Origin: Steroidobacteraceae bacterium
GTDB taxonomy: Bacteria; Pseudomonadota; Gammaproteobacteria; Steroidobacterales; Steroidobacteraceae
DNA length: 64,000 bases
Reading direction: 5' to 3'
Assembly (NCBI GenBank): GCA_036498785.1
Contig: DASYEW010000047.1
Span: 86,008-150,007, forward strand
How positions within the stretch are numbered: position 1 is the first letter of the stretch; each line of letters starts with the position of its first letter. This document shows, in pieces, positions 17,904 to 28,613 of this stretch. A model generated the notes under the pieces. The model made no database searches. It was given only the letters and a program-made list of their open reading frames with translations, and was not told the DNA's origin. Made by a program: the position numbers and the translations under genes.

Positions 17904-18974
17904 GTGATTCGACCGCTGTCTCTGATTGTCTGTGCGAGCCTGGCTCTCTGCGGCAGTATGTCGCCGGCATTGGGCGCGGACTCCGCCGCGCTTCATCTTC
18001 CATCCACACCCAAGACCGTCGTGCGCGGAGTCATCGCCGTCGATCGCCAACCGGTTCTGCGTATCCATGACGGGCAGACCGTAGTGATCGACACGGTCTC
18101 GCACGCCGGCCTGACCGACGATCCCGTCAAATTCTTTGCCGAAGCGGGAATTCCCAAAAGCGCCGTACTGCAGGACGTCATCGATATCGCGGCCGTGCCG
18201 CGCACCGAGGGTTTCGGCGTTCACGTACTGACGGGACCCATCTATATCGACGGAGCCGAACCCGGCGACATGCTCGAAGTACGCATCCACAAGATCACTC
18301 CCCGGGTAGCGTACGGAGTGAACAATCCCGGTCCCGGCGGCGTCGATCCCACGCTGGTGGCCGAGCGCACCAGCAAGGTCATCAAGTTCGACCTGGCACG
18401 CAATGTGGGCCGCTATCCAAGTGGAATCGAAGTGCCGCTGTCGCCGTTCATGGGCACCATGGCGGTGGCGCCGGCTGCGCAAGACGGCCAGGTGAGTAGC
18501 CGCGCTCCAGGGAATTTCGGCGGCAACCTGGATTTTGCCGCCCTGAAACAGGGAGCCACGTTATATCTGCCGGTACTTGCGCCGGGCGCACTCTTCTACA
18601 CCGGAGACTCACACGCAGGACAAGGAGATGGAGAGGTAGACGGCAATGCCATCGAGGCGTCGATGACGGCGACGCTGCAGTTCATCGTCCACAAAGGCGC
18701 CGGCAAAGCCATGCGTTATCCGGCGGCGGAAGACCAGGAGAACTACTACGCCTTCGGCATGGACCGGGACCTCAATGTCGCCCTGAAGAATGCCGTGCAC
18801 GAAGCCGTTGTATTCATGCAGGGCAAAGGCATGTCGGTCTCCGATGCCTATTCCGTAGCCAGTGTCGCCGTGAACTTCGGCATTGCCGAGGCGGTCGACG
18901 GCAACCTCGTCACCTATGGCCGCATCCCCAAATCGGTATTGCCAACGAAGGTCGATTATTGGACGCCAAAGTGA
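17904..18974 (+). CDS. Acetamidase/formamidase family protein with signal peptide
   Basis: GTG start after an AAGGAG SD. Signal MIRPLSLIVCASLALCGSMSPALGA. GPIYIDGAEPGDMLEV and YTGDSHAGQGDGEV are typical FmdA/AmdA motifs. Confidence 0.85.
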   Translation: MIRPLSLIVCASLALCGSMSPALGADSAALHLPSTPKTVVRGVIAVDRQPVLRIHDGQTVVIDTVSHAGLTDDPVKFFAEAGIPKSAVLQDVIDIAAVPRTEGFGVHVLTGPIYIDGAEPGDMLEVRIHKITPRVAYGVNNPGPGGVDPTLVAERTSKVIKFDLARNVGRYPSGIEVPLSPFMGTMAVAPAAQDGQVSSRAPGNFGGNLDFAALKQGATLYLPVLAPGALFYTGDSHAGQGDGEVDGNAIEASMTATLQFIVHKGAGKAMRYPAAEDQENYYAFGMDRDLNVALKNAVHEAVVFMQGKGMSVSDAYSVASVAVNFGIAEAVDGNLVTYGRIPKSVLPTKVDYWTPK

Positions 18975-18984
18975 CGCTTACTGG

Positions 18985-19044
18985 GTAACCCTGGGCGAGG
19001 TAACCCCAGGCGAGATAATCCTAGACGAAGTAATCCTGGGTTGT
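18985..19044. repeat. 15-bp tandem repeat x4
   Basis: GTAACCCTGGGCGAG / GTAACCCCAGGCGAG / ATAATCCTAGACGAA / GTAATCCTGGGTTGT, lying between the convergent formamidase and tkt stops. CCTGGG and CCCAGG can pair. Confidence 0.85.
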
Positions 19045-19056
19045 GGCGTTTGGCAA

Positions 19057-21132
19057 TCAGCGCAGTAGAGCCTGTGCTCGGCTGCAAACGTTGTCGACGG
19101 TGAATCCGTATTCGTGCAGCAGGACATTGCCTGGCGCCGACGCGCCAAAGCGATCTACCGACAGCACGTCACCGCGGTCGCCAACGTAACGATGCCAACC
19201 CTGGGATATGCCGGCCTCGACAGCCAGCCTGGCACCGATATGCGGCGGCAACACCGCGTCCCGATACTCGCGCGGCTGGGCGTCGAACAATTCCCAACTC
19301 GGCAGCGAAACCACGCGCACTGCCACGTTCTGCGCCGACAGTTTCTCCGCAGCCGCGATGATCAAAGCCACTTCCGACCCCGTCGCAATCAGAATCAATT
19401 CCGGACTGCCATTCAACGCATCGGACAGGACGTATGCGCCGCACCGCAGACCTTCGGCAGCAGCAACAACCGAACGGTCCAGCGTGGGCAGGTCCTGTCG
19501 TGTCAACACCAGCGCAACCGGGTGGTCGCGCATCTCCAAAGCCACGCGCCAAGCGCAGGCTGTCTCATTGGCATCTCCAGGACGAATCACCACGAGGCCG
19601 GGAACCGAGCGCAGACCGGCAAGCTGTTCGACCGGTTGATGCGTAGAACCGTCCTCACCCAACGCGATGCTGTCATGCGTGAACACGTAGATCACATGCA
19701 AACCCATCAGAGCGGCAAGACGCATGGGCGGTCGCATGTAGTCGGAGAAGACCAGGAAGGTCGCGCCGAACGCGATGGTACCGCCATGGGCTGCGAGTCC
19801 GTTCAGGATGGCACCCATGCCATGTTCACGCACACCGAAGTGCAGATTGCGACCCGCGTAGCTCCAGCCGCCGCCATTGGATCCTTGCTGGTCCGGCGCA
19901 TCGGCGTGCGGCGGCTCGAAGTCGCCGCAACCTTTCAAGGCAGTATTGGTCGAGGGATCAAGGTCGGCAGATCCCCCAATCAGCATCGTGAGTCGCGGCG
20001 CAATGACGTTCATCACTTTTCCAGAAGCAACACGAGTCGCCATGCCTTTGGCGTCGGCGGCAAAGGTGGGAATGTCGGCATCCCAGCCATCGGCTAGTCC
20101 ACCATTGAATGCTTGCAGCAGTTCGCGTGCGAGTTCGGGGAACTTACCGCTGTAGGCAGCGAACCGTGCTTTCCATTGCGCTTCGGCCTGCGAACCACGC
20201 GTGAGCGCTTGACGAAAATGATCGCGCGCCGCGTCCGGAATGTAGAACGGCGGTTGCGTCGGCCAGTCGAGATTGCGTTTGGTGAGCGTAACTTCTTCGG
20301 CGCCGAGCGGCGAACCATGTGCAGCGAAGCGATCCTGCTTGTTCGGCGAACCGTAACCCAGATGCGTTCGCACCAGCACTAACGACGGACGGTTCACGTC
20401 CTCCCGGGCAGCCAGTAGTGCCCGCTCAATCGCGGCGATGTCGTTGCCGTCTTCCACCGACACAGTGTGCCAGCCGTAGGCACTAAAACGACGAGCGCAA
20501 TCCTCGGTGAAAGTGATGTCGGTGGCGGCGGAAAGCGTGACGTGATTGTTGTCGTAGAGACAAATCAGTTTGCCTAGCTGCAGATGACCGGCGAGCGATG
20601 CGGCCTCCGACGCGACACCCTCCATCAGGTCGCCATCGCTTACCAACGCATAGGTGTGATGGTCGACGACCTCAAATTCCGGACGGTTGAAGCGCGCAGA
20701 CAGGTGCGCTTCGGCGATGGCCATGCCCACGGCATTGCCGAATCCTTGGCCCAAGGGACCGGTCGTCGTTTCGACGCCTGGCGTCAGGCCCCGCTCGGGG
20801 TGTCCCGGCGTCAGGCTGCCCCACTGCCGGAATCGTTCGATCTCCGACAGCGCAAGCTCGTAGCCGCTCATATGCAACAGCGCATACAACAGCATGGAGC
20901 CATGACCGGCCGACAAGACGAATCGATCCCGGTCGATCCATTGAGGGTTCGCGGGATGGTGCTTCAAGAAACGCCTCCACAGCACGTATGCCATGGGTGC
21001 CGCATCCAACGGCAAACCGGGATGACCGCTGTTCGCCTTCTGTACGGCGTCGACCGCGAGAAAGCGCAGCGTGTTGACGCACAGCCGATCCAACGCGTCG
21101 CCTGAGGGGATAGCAGAATTCGCAGCGTTCAT
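19057..21132 (-). CDS. tkt: Transketolase
   Basis: 691 aa. [30 protein letters not shown], thiamine-PP and pyrimidine-binding regions, colinear with Tkt. Confidence 0.95.
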   Translation of the reverse strand: MNAANSAIPSGDALDRLCVNTLRFLAVDAVQKANSGHPGLPLDAAPMAYVLWRRFLKHHPANPQWIDRDRFVLSAGHGSMLLYALLHMSGYELALSEIERFRQWGSLTPGHPERGLTPGVETTTGPLGQGFGNAVGMAIAEAHLSARFNRPEFEVVDHHTYALVSDGDLMEGVASEAASLAGHLQLGKLICLYDNNHVTLSAATDITFTEDCARRFSAYGWHTVSVEDGNDIAAIERALLAAREDVNRPSLVLVRTHLGYGSPNKQDRFAAHGSPLGAEEVTLTKRNLDWPTQPPFYIPDAARDHFRQALTRGSQAEAQWKARFAAYSGKFPELARELLQAFNGGLADGWDADIPTFAADAKGMATRVASGKVMNVIAPRLTMLIGGSADLDPSTNTALKGCGDFEPPHADAPDQQGSNGGGWSYAGRNLHFGVREHGMGAILNGLAAHGGTIAFGATFLVFSDYMRPPMRLAALMGLHVIYVFTHDSIALGEDGSTHQPVEQLAGLRSVPGLVVIRPGDANETACAWRVALEMRDHPVALVLTRQDLPTLDRSVVAAAEGLRCGAYVLSDALNGSPELILIATGSEVALIIAAAEKLSAQNVAVRVVSLPSWELFDAQPREYRDAVLPPHIGARLAVEAGISQGWHRYVGDRGDVLSVDRFGASAPGNVLLHEYGFTVDNVCSRAQALLR

Positions 21133-21479
21133 AGGGGCTCTCCTGGTCGAGGCTCTCCTTCAACAACCGAGCTGCGCCACCCGTTCCGCGCTATTTGGCT
21201 ATGGACCGACGGGTCCGCGCAGCATCGCCGATGGCTTGCACAGCAAAGCAGTGTAGACCGCGCATCGCTACGGGAGTGCGGCGACACCAGTCATGCTCGG
21301 TTAATTCTTCGACAGAAAAGCTTTCGACCGGAGATTCGCCCGTGAAAAAGCTACACGGCCGCGATTTCGCGCGCGCGTCGACAACGATTGGAACTAACCA
21401 GACATCCGCAGCACTACTATACCTGTCGATCGAATACTCATTGCCCGTCCGCGGGAGATGAGAGCAATGGAATCGGACA

Positions 21480-22964
21480 GTGATGAGAAACAGGCTATCC
21501 AGAGTCGGAGTTCAACGATTGAAGCGTACAAAAGCTGCAGAAGCACAACACCCCTCGCGCAATAACGGTACTACACAGTCCGACGCGCTGGTGCTCTTCG
21601 GTGCGACTGGCGATCTCGCCTACAAGATGATTTTTCCCGCTCTGTATGCGATGGCCAAGCGCGGTACGCTGACTGTTCCAGTGATCGGCGTTGCCTATTC
21701 GCACTGGAGCCTTGCTCAGCTGCGCAAACGGGTGAAGGACAGCATCAGGCACTCCGGTAAGGTCGATGACCCGCAAGCACTGGAGCAGTTGCTCGCCAGT
21801 CTTCGCTACGTGGACGGAGACTACAACGATCCTGCCACGTTCGCTGCGCTCAAAGCGGCGCTCAGCGGCGCGAGGCGGCCGGCTCACTATCTGGCGATTC
21901 CGCCGGAATTATTCGCCACCGTCATCAAGCAGCTCGATGCTTGCGGGCTGGACACGGACGCGCGCGTCATCGTGGAGAAGCCCTTTGGGCGCGATCTCGC
22001 CTCCGCACGAGCACTCAACCGTATCGCCCGCTCGGTGTTCGATGAGGATGCGATTTTTCGCATCGATCACTTCCTGGGCAAGGAGGCGATCATGAACATC
22101 CTTTACTTTCGCTTTGCCAACTCGTTCCTCGAGCCGATATGGAATCGCAATTGCATCGCGAGTGTCCAGATCACGCTGTCCGAGGATTTCGGCGTCGGGA
22201 CTCGCGGCACCTTCTACGAAAGTGCCGGGTGCCTGCGCGATGTGATCCAGAACCACTTGTTCCAGATCGTGGCACTGCTCGCGATGGAACCGCCCGCCCG
22301 CCAGGGGTTCGAGGCGGTGCATGACGAAAAGGCCAAGATCTTTCAAGCCATGCGGCAGTTGAGTCGCGAAGACGTGGTACGCGGTCAATACACCGGTTAT
22401 CGCAGTGAGCCTGGCGTCGCAAAGCGCTCGGATGTCGAAACGTTCTGCGCGCTGCGGCTGACAATCGATTCGTGGCGCTGGCAAGGAGTTCCCTGGTACC
22501 TGCGCTCCGGAAAATGTCTGGCCGAGACGGCAACCGAAGTCCTGGTAGAACTGAAACCGCCACCGCAACGGTTGTTCGCCGATTCGTCACCCGCCAATGG
22601 TCGTGGCAACTACCTGCGCTTCCGGATCTCGCCGCGCTGCGCCGTTGCCATCGCCGCCCGCGTCAAGCGCGTCGGCAGGAAGTTCGTCGGCGATCAGCGT
22701 GAACTCTACCTGTTGGATGAACAGCCCGACGAAGCGAGCCCTTATGAGAGATTGCTGAGCGATGCAATGGCCGGCGATGGGGCCCTTTTCGCCCGCGAGG
22801 AATCCGTTGAAGCCGCCTGGGCAGTGGTCGATCCCATCCTCACCAGGCATCACAAGGCGTTGCCCTACAAGCGCGGCACGTGGGGACCGAAGGCAGCGGA
22901 GGCGCTCATCGCACCGGATGGACATTGGTACAACCCGAAACTCCTTGCGCCGAATCCGGATTGA
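21480..22964 (+). CDS. zwf: Glucose-6-phosphate 1-dehydrogenase
   Basis: NADP site LVLFGATGDLAYKMIFPALY and active-site RIDHFLGKE. Start uncertain (GTG 21480, ATG 21483, or an alternative downstream start). Confidence 0.9.
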   Translation: MMRNRLSRVGVQRLKRTKAAEAQHPSRNNGTTQSDALVLFGATGDLAYKMIFPALYAMAKRGTLTVPVIGVAYSHWSLAQLRKRVKDSIRHSGKVDDPQALEQLLASLRYVDGDYNDPATFAALKAALSGARRPAHYLAIPPELFATVIKQLDACGLDTDARVIVEKPFGRDLASARALNRIARSVFDEDAIFRIDHFLGKEAIMNILYFRFANSFLEPIWNRNCIASVQITLSEDFGVGTRGTFYESAGCLRDVIQNHLFQIVALLAMEPPARQGFEAVHDEKAKIFQAMRQLSREDVVRGQYTGYRSEPGVAKRSDVETFCALRLTIDSWRWQGVPWYLRSGKCLAETATEVLVELKPPPQRLFADSSPANGRGNYLRFRISPRCAVAIAARVKRVGRKFVGDQRELYLLDEQPDEASPYERLLSDAMAGDGALFAREESVEAAWAVVDPILTRHHKALPYKRGTWGPKAAEALIAPDGHWYNPKLLAPNPD

Positions 22965-23001
22965 GGCACGCTATTCGCCAGCCCGTCACGAGAAGCTTGC
23001 C

Positions 23002-23406
23002 ATGACTGCCGCACCCAACCTCGACCCTGGCATCGTCCGCCTCCCCTCCCGACATTCCGTCACCGCAACCGCGGACCGGCTCGAGTCCCTGCTGAGGGAG
23101 CACGGCATCCTCGTGTTCGCTCGCATCGACTTCTGCAGCGATGCCGCGCGCGCCGGTCTCACGATGCGGCCTGAGCAGTTGCTCATCTTCGGCAATCCAA
23201 AGGCCGGCACGCCGTTGATGGTCAGTGCGCCCACGGCGGGACTGGATCTGCCGTTGAAAGCGCTCATCTGGGAGGATTCAGCAAGCGCGACGTGGATTGC
23301 TTACAACGATCCGCGCTACATCCTGCAACGTCATGGCCTTGAGGACGCGTTGAGCGTCAATCTGGCCGCGGTGATACCCCTCCTGCAGCGCGCTGCCGAC
23401 GGTTAG
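23002..23406 (+). CDS. DUF302 domain-containing protein
   Basis: LLIFGNPKAGTPLMVSAPTAGLDLPLKALIWED is the DUF302 signature. Start at MTAAPNL inside ORF 22762..23406. Confidence 0.8.
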   Translation: MTAAPNLDPGIVRLPSRHSVTATADRLESLLREHGILVFARIDFCSDAARAGLTMRPEQLLIFGNPKAGTPLMVSAPTAGLDLPLKALIWEDSASATWIAYNDPRYILQRHGLEDALSVNLAAVIPLLQRAADG

Positions 23407-23909
23407 GAGAACAACATTGCAACCCTGGCAGCCAGCAGCTTCGCTACAAACTTGAACGAGAATGCCGGATAAGCAGGCAAGTCGTCCGGCACAGTGCCCG
23501 ACGCGAACCTGGTACAGACGCGCATCTGCAGGGGCGGTATTGCTCCTTGCAATCGCGCCCGGTACAGGTCGACCCAGTGCCGTGCATCATCGAAGCTCAG
23601 GATCATGGCCGAATTGCAGCAGGTGGCGACGACCCGGTTGGTGGCCGAAGTCGCCTTGATCTTCTGGCTTCTCAGCAGCTGCGCGCCCTTGGAACACCTG
23701 ACCCGATCCTTGCGATAGATGACGTACGCGGTGCCGCCATCGGAATCACGGACCGCGCCTGCGTTCGGCAGCGCCTCGATCTGACGGGAGCCTTCCTGGC
23801 AATCGTCGCAATAGCAGACGGCGCAGGTAATCGGTAAACCGCTGGCCGTGAACTCGACGTTGCCACAGGCACATCGGGCGATCGCACTGGTTCTTTTGGT
23901 TTCAGTCAT
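23403..23909 (-). CDS. GFA-like Cys-rich zinc-binding protein
   Basis: CACGNVEF, CAVCYCDDCQ and ATCCNS clusters. It is a second GFA-type protein in the window. Confidence 0.7.
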   Translation of the reverse strand: MTETKRTSAIARCACGNVEFTASGLPITCAVCYCDDCQEGSRQIEALPNAGAVRDSDGGTAYVIYRKDRVRCSKGAQLLRSQKIKATSATNRVVATCCNSAMILSFDDARHWVDLYRARLQGAIPPLQMRVCTRFASGTVPDDLPAYPAFSFKFVAKLLAARVAMLFS

Positions 23910-23972
23910 GAACAGGTGTCGGAATTCTCAAAACGCGCCCTACGCAGCCCCAGGTAACTCGACCGCGAGAAC

Positions 23973-24953
23973 TCAGTTGAGATAGTCCTCGATGTAGGCG
24001 CGGATGATCGAATCGATGCCGTCGTCGCCGGGTAGGCCAATCGCAGCGGCACGCTCAGATCCCATCTCGGCCGGCCATCCCGAAACAATCGCCATTGTCT
24101 GCGCATCGGGCTCCTCGCGAATCGTCCCGAGCTTCCTACCGGCTGCCACCCTGCGCATGCTCTCGATCATCTGCGTCACGGTAACTGAGAGGCTCGGCAG
24201 GGTGACTGCCCGATCGCTGCCGAGCTTCTCGCCTGCAACATCATGGAGCGCGAGCAACCCCTCGACGATGGTCCGGTAACCGGCGATCGCGATCTTCGTG
24301 GCCAACGGTACCGGTAACACGTAGTCAATACCGCTCAACGGCTCGCGAATCACGCCGCTCGCGAAGCCCGAGGCGGCGCGATTCGGCTTGCCGGGACGCA
24401 CGACGACCATGCCCAGACGTGCGCTGCGACCATCGATGAAACCTTTGCGCGAGTAGTCATTGACCAGTAACTCCCCCATTGCCTTGGTCATACCGTAGGT
24501 AGTTTGCGGTACCTGGCGCGTATGGTCATGCACCTTGCCGAGGGCACCGTCGCCGCCATAGACAGCCATGGAGCTGGTAAATACATAGCGCGGGCACGAA
24601 CCGACCCGGCGCAACGCCTCGAGGATGTTGAAGTGCCCATCCACGTTGACGCGCATCGCCAGCTCGAAATCCTGCTCGGCGCCGGCACTCACTATCGACG
24701 CCAGATGGAAGACGGCGATGTCCGGCCGATCGATCAGGCCCGCAACGACGGAGCGCTCGGCGATGTCGCCTTTCACCAGCGTCACCCGCGGATCGAGCTG
24801 CGGCAATTCGCCGGGAAACTGGCTGTCAAACAGTGTTATTGCACTGATCGGCTGGCTGCGGCCGGTGGGGCCGATCAGCGAGCCGCGCTCCAGGATACGA
24901 CGGGCGAGACGCAGACCCAGGAAGCCCGTGCCTCCGGTGACGACTACCTTCAT
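23973..24953 (-). CDS. NAD-dependent epimerase/dehydratase (extended SDR) family protein
   Basis: MKVVVTGGTGFLGLRLARRIL Rossmann motif and a YGMTK (YxxxK) catalytic motif. Confidence 0.8.
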   Translation of the reverse strand: MKVVVTGGTGFLGLRLARRILERGSLIGPTGRSQPISAITLFDSQFPGELPQLDPRVTLVKGDIAERSVVAGLIDRPDIAVFHLASIVSAGAEQDFELAMRVNVDGHFNILEALRRVGSCPRYVFTSSMAVYGGDGALGKVHDHTRQVPQTTYGMTKAMGELLVNDYSRKGFIDGRSARLGMVVVRPGKPNRAASGFASGVIREPLSGIDYVLPVPLATKIAIAGYRTIVEGLLALHDVAGEKLGSDRAVTLPSLSVTVTQMIESMRRVAAGRKLGTIREEPDAQTMAIVSGWPAEMGSERAAAIGLPGDDGIDSIIRAYIEDYLN

Positions 24954-25355
24954 GAACTCTCTCAACTGGACTACGCGATCTGCGCATGCCAGATCGGGTG
25001 TGGATGGGGCTGAGGAGTTTGCCCGATTCCGCGGCAGCCGCCAAAGGCGGATCATGAAAGAACTTCAATGAACGACGCAGAGCTCCCGCCCGTGGCATCG
25101 TTGCGATCTCATCATGCCGGCAACGCGTCGCGAGCCCCAAGCCGAACTGAATCTAGCAGACTGGATTGAATCTAAAGCAACAGGCGCTCCGATCGCTGAA
25201 GCGCAGAAGACGATGTCACGCACGCCGGGCACGCTACGTCCTGAGTTACAATTCTGCTGACAGCCCTGCACCAGGCCCATCGATGAGGTGGAGCACGAAC
25301 GCAGTCCGGGGGGACGCCAGGGGCGCAGGTTACGAATAAGAATTCCTATCGACTG

Positions 25356-26963
25356 ATGAACCAACAACGAATGGGGGCCTGGTTCGGACACCCCAGGGGT
25401 GTCTTTCTCGTGGCGTTCACCGAATTGTGGGAACGCTTCAGCTATTTCGGGATGACTGCGCTGCTCACGCTGTACCTGTCATCCGACACCGTCAATGGCG
25501 GCTGGGGCTGGAATCGCGCCGACGCGGTACTTTTCTACGGATTCTATGCGGGGCTGGTATTCGTCGTGCCAGTGGTGGGCGGCTGGATCGCCAACAACTA
25601 TCTCGGCGACCGCCGCTGCATATTCATCGGTGCGATATTGCTGATGACAGGTCATCTGATCCTGGGTGGCACTGCCTTCATGCCGCCGCTTATCGAGGGC
25701 ATCACCGGGGTCGACGCGCAAGCAACGCTGGTGCATTCGGGCGCAGCGCTCGGACGAATCTGGGCCCTGGACGAGATCCGGCCCGCACTTGCCGCAGCCG
25801 CCCGCCAACTCGGCGGCGCTTCGGGCGAATCCGAGCAACTGTATCGCGCCGCGCTGTGGACCTATATCGGCGTCAGCGGCAGCTTCCTCTTCGGCCTGAC
25901 CTGCATCGTCATTGCAACCGGCCTGTTCAAGGCGGCGATTGCTTCGATCGTCGGCAAGCTCTACCCCACTGCCGACGCGCGGCGCGACGCCGGCTACGCC
26001 GTATTCTTCACGTGCATTTATATAGGCGCCATGCTTGCGAACTTCGCGGCCGGCGGACTCGGCGAGACGTTCGGTTGGTACTACGGTTTCGGCGCGGCCG
26101 CGATCGGCATGGCCATCGCGACGGTGCTCTACGTCTGGAAAGAAAAGGAATATCTGGGCGATATTGGAATCCTGCCGGATCGAGCCGCCGCGGGCGGACC
26201 GCATGAACGCAGGCGGCCGCTTACGCGCGTGGAACACGACCGCCTCTGGGTCGCCGTGCTGCAGGGGATTTTCGCGACCATCTATACCGCCGGCTTTTTT
26301 CAGAAAGGCGGGCTGCTGAATCTCTATACCCGCGACTACGTCGATCGCGACGTGTTCGGCATGGAGGTCCCGGCAACCTGGTTCCTCAGCGTGAGCACCA
26401 TCGTCTTCATGCTCGCCACGCCGTTGCTGGCGGCAGCCTACCTGCAACTGGCACGCCGTAACCGCAATCCGAGTGCGTCCTACAAACTGGCTGCCGGACT
26501 CATCCTGCTCGGTGCGGCCTACGCAATCATCGGGCATGCCGAGGCTGCACGCATTGCGAGCGGCGGCGCGGCCATCAGCGCCCTATGGCTCCTCGGGATG
26601 TATCTTCTGTTCGGAATCGGCGATGCGCTGGTCGGCCCCAACCAGATGGCACTCACGACCAAGCTCTCGCCGGGCCCTTACACGACGCTCACCATCGGCG
26701 TGTGGAATCTGACGGTGGGCGTCGGCATATGGATCGCAGGACTGATCAGCGCCGCAGTCGACCGCGTCGGCAATCTGCAGATGTTCTCCTGGCTGGCGAC
26801 CCTCTGCGTTTTGTCCGGAGGCCTGGTGGTGCTGCTGACGCCTAAGATGCGCCGCATGATGCATGGCGCCGAGCAAACATCGGTAACGACCGCTCCTCTG
26901 CCGGAAGGTCCGAGGCTGCATTCGCAGCACCGACCCGGATCCTCCGGCATCACCAAATCATGA
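25356..26963 (+). CDS. POT/PTR2-family proton-dependent oligopeptide transporter
   Basis: Signature FTELWERFSYFGM (ExxERFxYYG) with about 14 hydrophobic helices. Confidence 0.85.
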   Translation: MNQQRMGAWFGHPRGVFLVAFTELWERFSYFGMTALLTLYLSSDTVNGGWGWNRADAVLFYGFYAGLVFVVPVVGGWIANNYLGDRRCIFIGAILLMTGHLILGGTAFMPPLIEGITGVDAQATLVHSGAALGRIWALDEIRPALAAAARQLGGASGESEQLYRAALWTYIGVSGSFLFGLTCIVIATGLFKAAIASIVGKLYPTADARRDAGYAVFFTCIYIGAMLANFAAGGLGETFGWYYGFGAAAIGMAIATVLYVWKEKEYLGDIGILPDRAAAGGPHERRRPLTRVEHDRLWVAVLQGIFATIYTAGFFQKGGLLNLYTRDYVDRDVFGMEVPATWFLSVSTIVFMLATPLLAAAYLQLARRNRNPSASYKLAAGLILLGAAYAIIGHAEAARIASGGAAISALWLLGMYLLFGIGDALVGPNQMALTTKLSPGPYTTLTIGVWNLTVGVGIWIAGLISAAVDRVGNLQMFSWLATLCVLSGGLVVLLTPKMRRMMHGAEQTSVTTAPLPEGPRLHSQHRPGSSGITKS

Positions 26964-27019
26964 CCGCCACCCTTCGCAGTCGGTGCGGCGGGCATTCATC
27001 GAACCTGTAGCAATCGACC

Positions 27020-27946
27020 ATGGACATCAGACAGCTCGAAACTTTCGTCTGGATCGCACGCCTGGGCGGCATGACCGAAGCATGCAAGCGCCTCAACGTC
27101 ACGCAATCGACCTTGTCGATGCGCATTCGCGGCCTGGAATCCGATCTGGGCGTGCGACTGTTCGATCGCTCGCGCAAGCGATTGACACTGACAGCCAAGG
27201 GACGCGACCTGGTGCGGCACGCCGAACAGATCGTGTCGGCCGTGCAGCGGGTGCGCTTGTCGGTCGCGGACCCAACGACTGAATTCGGCACGCTGCGTAT
27301 CGGCATGTCCGAGTTCGTTGCGCTGAGCTGGGGTCCCTCGCTGCTGCGCCGCTTCAGCAAGCAGTTTCCGAAGGTATTGATCGATCTCGAAGTCGGCGTG
27401 CCCGGCGCGCTCATGGAATTACTGGCGGCCGGACAGCTCGATGTGTTGCTCGCCACGGTACCGATCAAACCCGGCCCGCCCATCGCACTGACCACCCTGG
27501 GGACCGTCGAGTATTCGTGGATGGCCAGCCCTACGCTGGGATTGCCGGAGAAAATGGTGACTCCGGAGCAGCTCAAGGACTTCCCCGTCATCAGCTACGA
27601 CGGCCGGCGCTCCATTTTCTTTCCCGCCGTCCAGCAATGGTTCGCCGATCACGGCGTAGCCATCCAGCACCTGACTGTCTGCAACAGCCTGGCCACCAGC
27701 ATCTCCCTGATCGTGGAAGGTATGGGCGTCGGCATTCTGCCCAACATCTACTGCGCTCCGCTCATCAAGGCGGGCAAGCTGCAAGTGCTGCACACGCAAT
27801 ACATCGTCGAACACGAATACTATGCGATGTGTCGTGTCTCGGATGATCGTGGACTACCCAGCATGGTTGCCGATATGGCGCAGACGGCGTTTACGGACTA
27901 TCAGAATCCGCCAGCGCCGGTGCGCGGGAAAGGCAACTCACGCTAA
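27020..27946 (+). CDS. LysR-family transcriptional regulator
   Basis: MDIRQLETFVWIARLGGMTEACKRLNVTQSTLSMRIRGLESDLGVRLFDR HTH plus a LysR substrate-binding domain. Confidence 0.9.
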   Translation: MDIRQLETFVWIARLGGMTEACKRLNVTQSTLSMRIRGLESDLGVRLFDRSRKRLTLTAKGRDLVRHAEQIVSAVQRVRLSVADPTTEFGTLRIGMSEFVALSWGPSLLRRFSKQFPKVLIDLEVGVPGALMELLAAGQLDVLLATVPIKPGPPIALTTLGTVEYSWMASPTLGLPEKMVTPEQLKDFPVISYDGRRSIFFPAVQQWFADHGVAIQHLTVCNSLATSISLIVEGMGVGILPNIYCAPLIKAGKLQVLHTQYIVEHEYYAMCRVSDDRGLPSMVADMAQTAFTDYQNPPAPVRGKGNSR

Positions 27947-27949
27947 GCT

Positions 27950-27987
27950 GGTCTATAGCGGCGACTGACGAGTCGTCGCTATAGACC
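27950..27987. terminator. 17-bp-stem hairpin between convergent LysR and AhpD-like genes
   Basis: GGTCTATAGCGGCGACT, loop GACG, AGTCGTCGCTATAGACC: 16 Watson-Crick pairs and one G-T. Begins 4 nt after the LysR stop. No U-tract. Confidence 0.6.
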
Positions 27988-27997
27988 GACGCCATCG

Positions 27998-28600
27998 CTA
28001 GGCCGCGTTCGGCTCGGCGAACTCCAGCGGCCTGCCTGCCGTCAGCGCCTCCACGAACTCGCTGTTCATGGACAGGAACGTCGGTTCTGGCTCGACGCCG
28101 AGCGACTCGATCACCTTGGTCCAGAAAGAACGCGCCGCGGCTGTAGCAGCGATATCGAATATCTCCGCATCGCTGAAACCGTGTTGCTTCAATCTTTCGA
28201 TATCGCTGCGGGTGACCGCGGATGCATCGCGCGCAACCTGGCGTGCAAACACCAGCATCTGCGCCTCCGCGGCGGAAAGCGATGCAGGCGCATCACCCTT
28301 GGCAATCGACTGTACATCTTCCATGGAGACGAACTCCGTCAGCGCCTTGCCGTGCGCCAGCGAACACAAAGTACTGCGCAACTCGTGCGCAGAAGCGAAC
28401 GTCACGAGCTCGAAACGCCTCTTGTCCATGTGCTGCTTGATGCCCAATTGCAGCTGAGCCCACAGTCGCATGATCTCCGGTCGATAGCAGAAGACCTTGG
28501 CGTAGTTCGGTACAAATCCCCAGTGCGCCCGCTGTCGCTCATACATTGCGCGCACATCAGCATCGATGTCTGAATCCGGAATCGTGTCGATGAAGGGCAT
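27998..28600 (-). CDS. Carboxymuconolactone decarboxylase (AhpD-like) family peroxidase-related protein
   Basis: MPFIDTIPDSDIDADVRAMYERQ..., WGFVPNYAKVF, and ELRSTLCSLAHG resemble the peroxidase-related CMD subfamily. Confidence 0.75.
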   Translation of the reverse strand: MPFIDTIPDSDIDADVRAMYERQRAHWGFVPNYAKVFCYRPEIMRLWAQLQLGIKQHMDKRRFELVTFASAHELRSTLCSLAHGKALTEFVSMEDVQSIAKGDAPASLSAAEAQMLVFARQVARDASAVTRSDIERLKQHGFSDAEIFDIAATAAARSFWTKVIESLGVEPEPTFLSMNSEFVEALTAGRPLEFAEPNAA

Positions 28601-28613
28601 GGAAGGCCTCGGG

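Noticed and set aside
21133-21479. 88-aa ORF (21195..21461) and possible regulator sites in the tkt-zwf divergent region.
   Set aside because: The ORF has no SD, an odd composition and no recognisable domain. I could not identify a convincing HexR-type or other palindrome by eye.
25065-25391. 108-aa ORF in the epimerase-POT divergent region.
   Set aside because: It overlaps the POT start, has an Arg/Ser/Cys-rich low-complexity translation, and has no ribosome-binding site.
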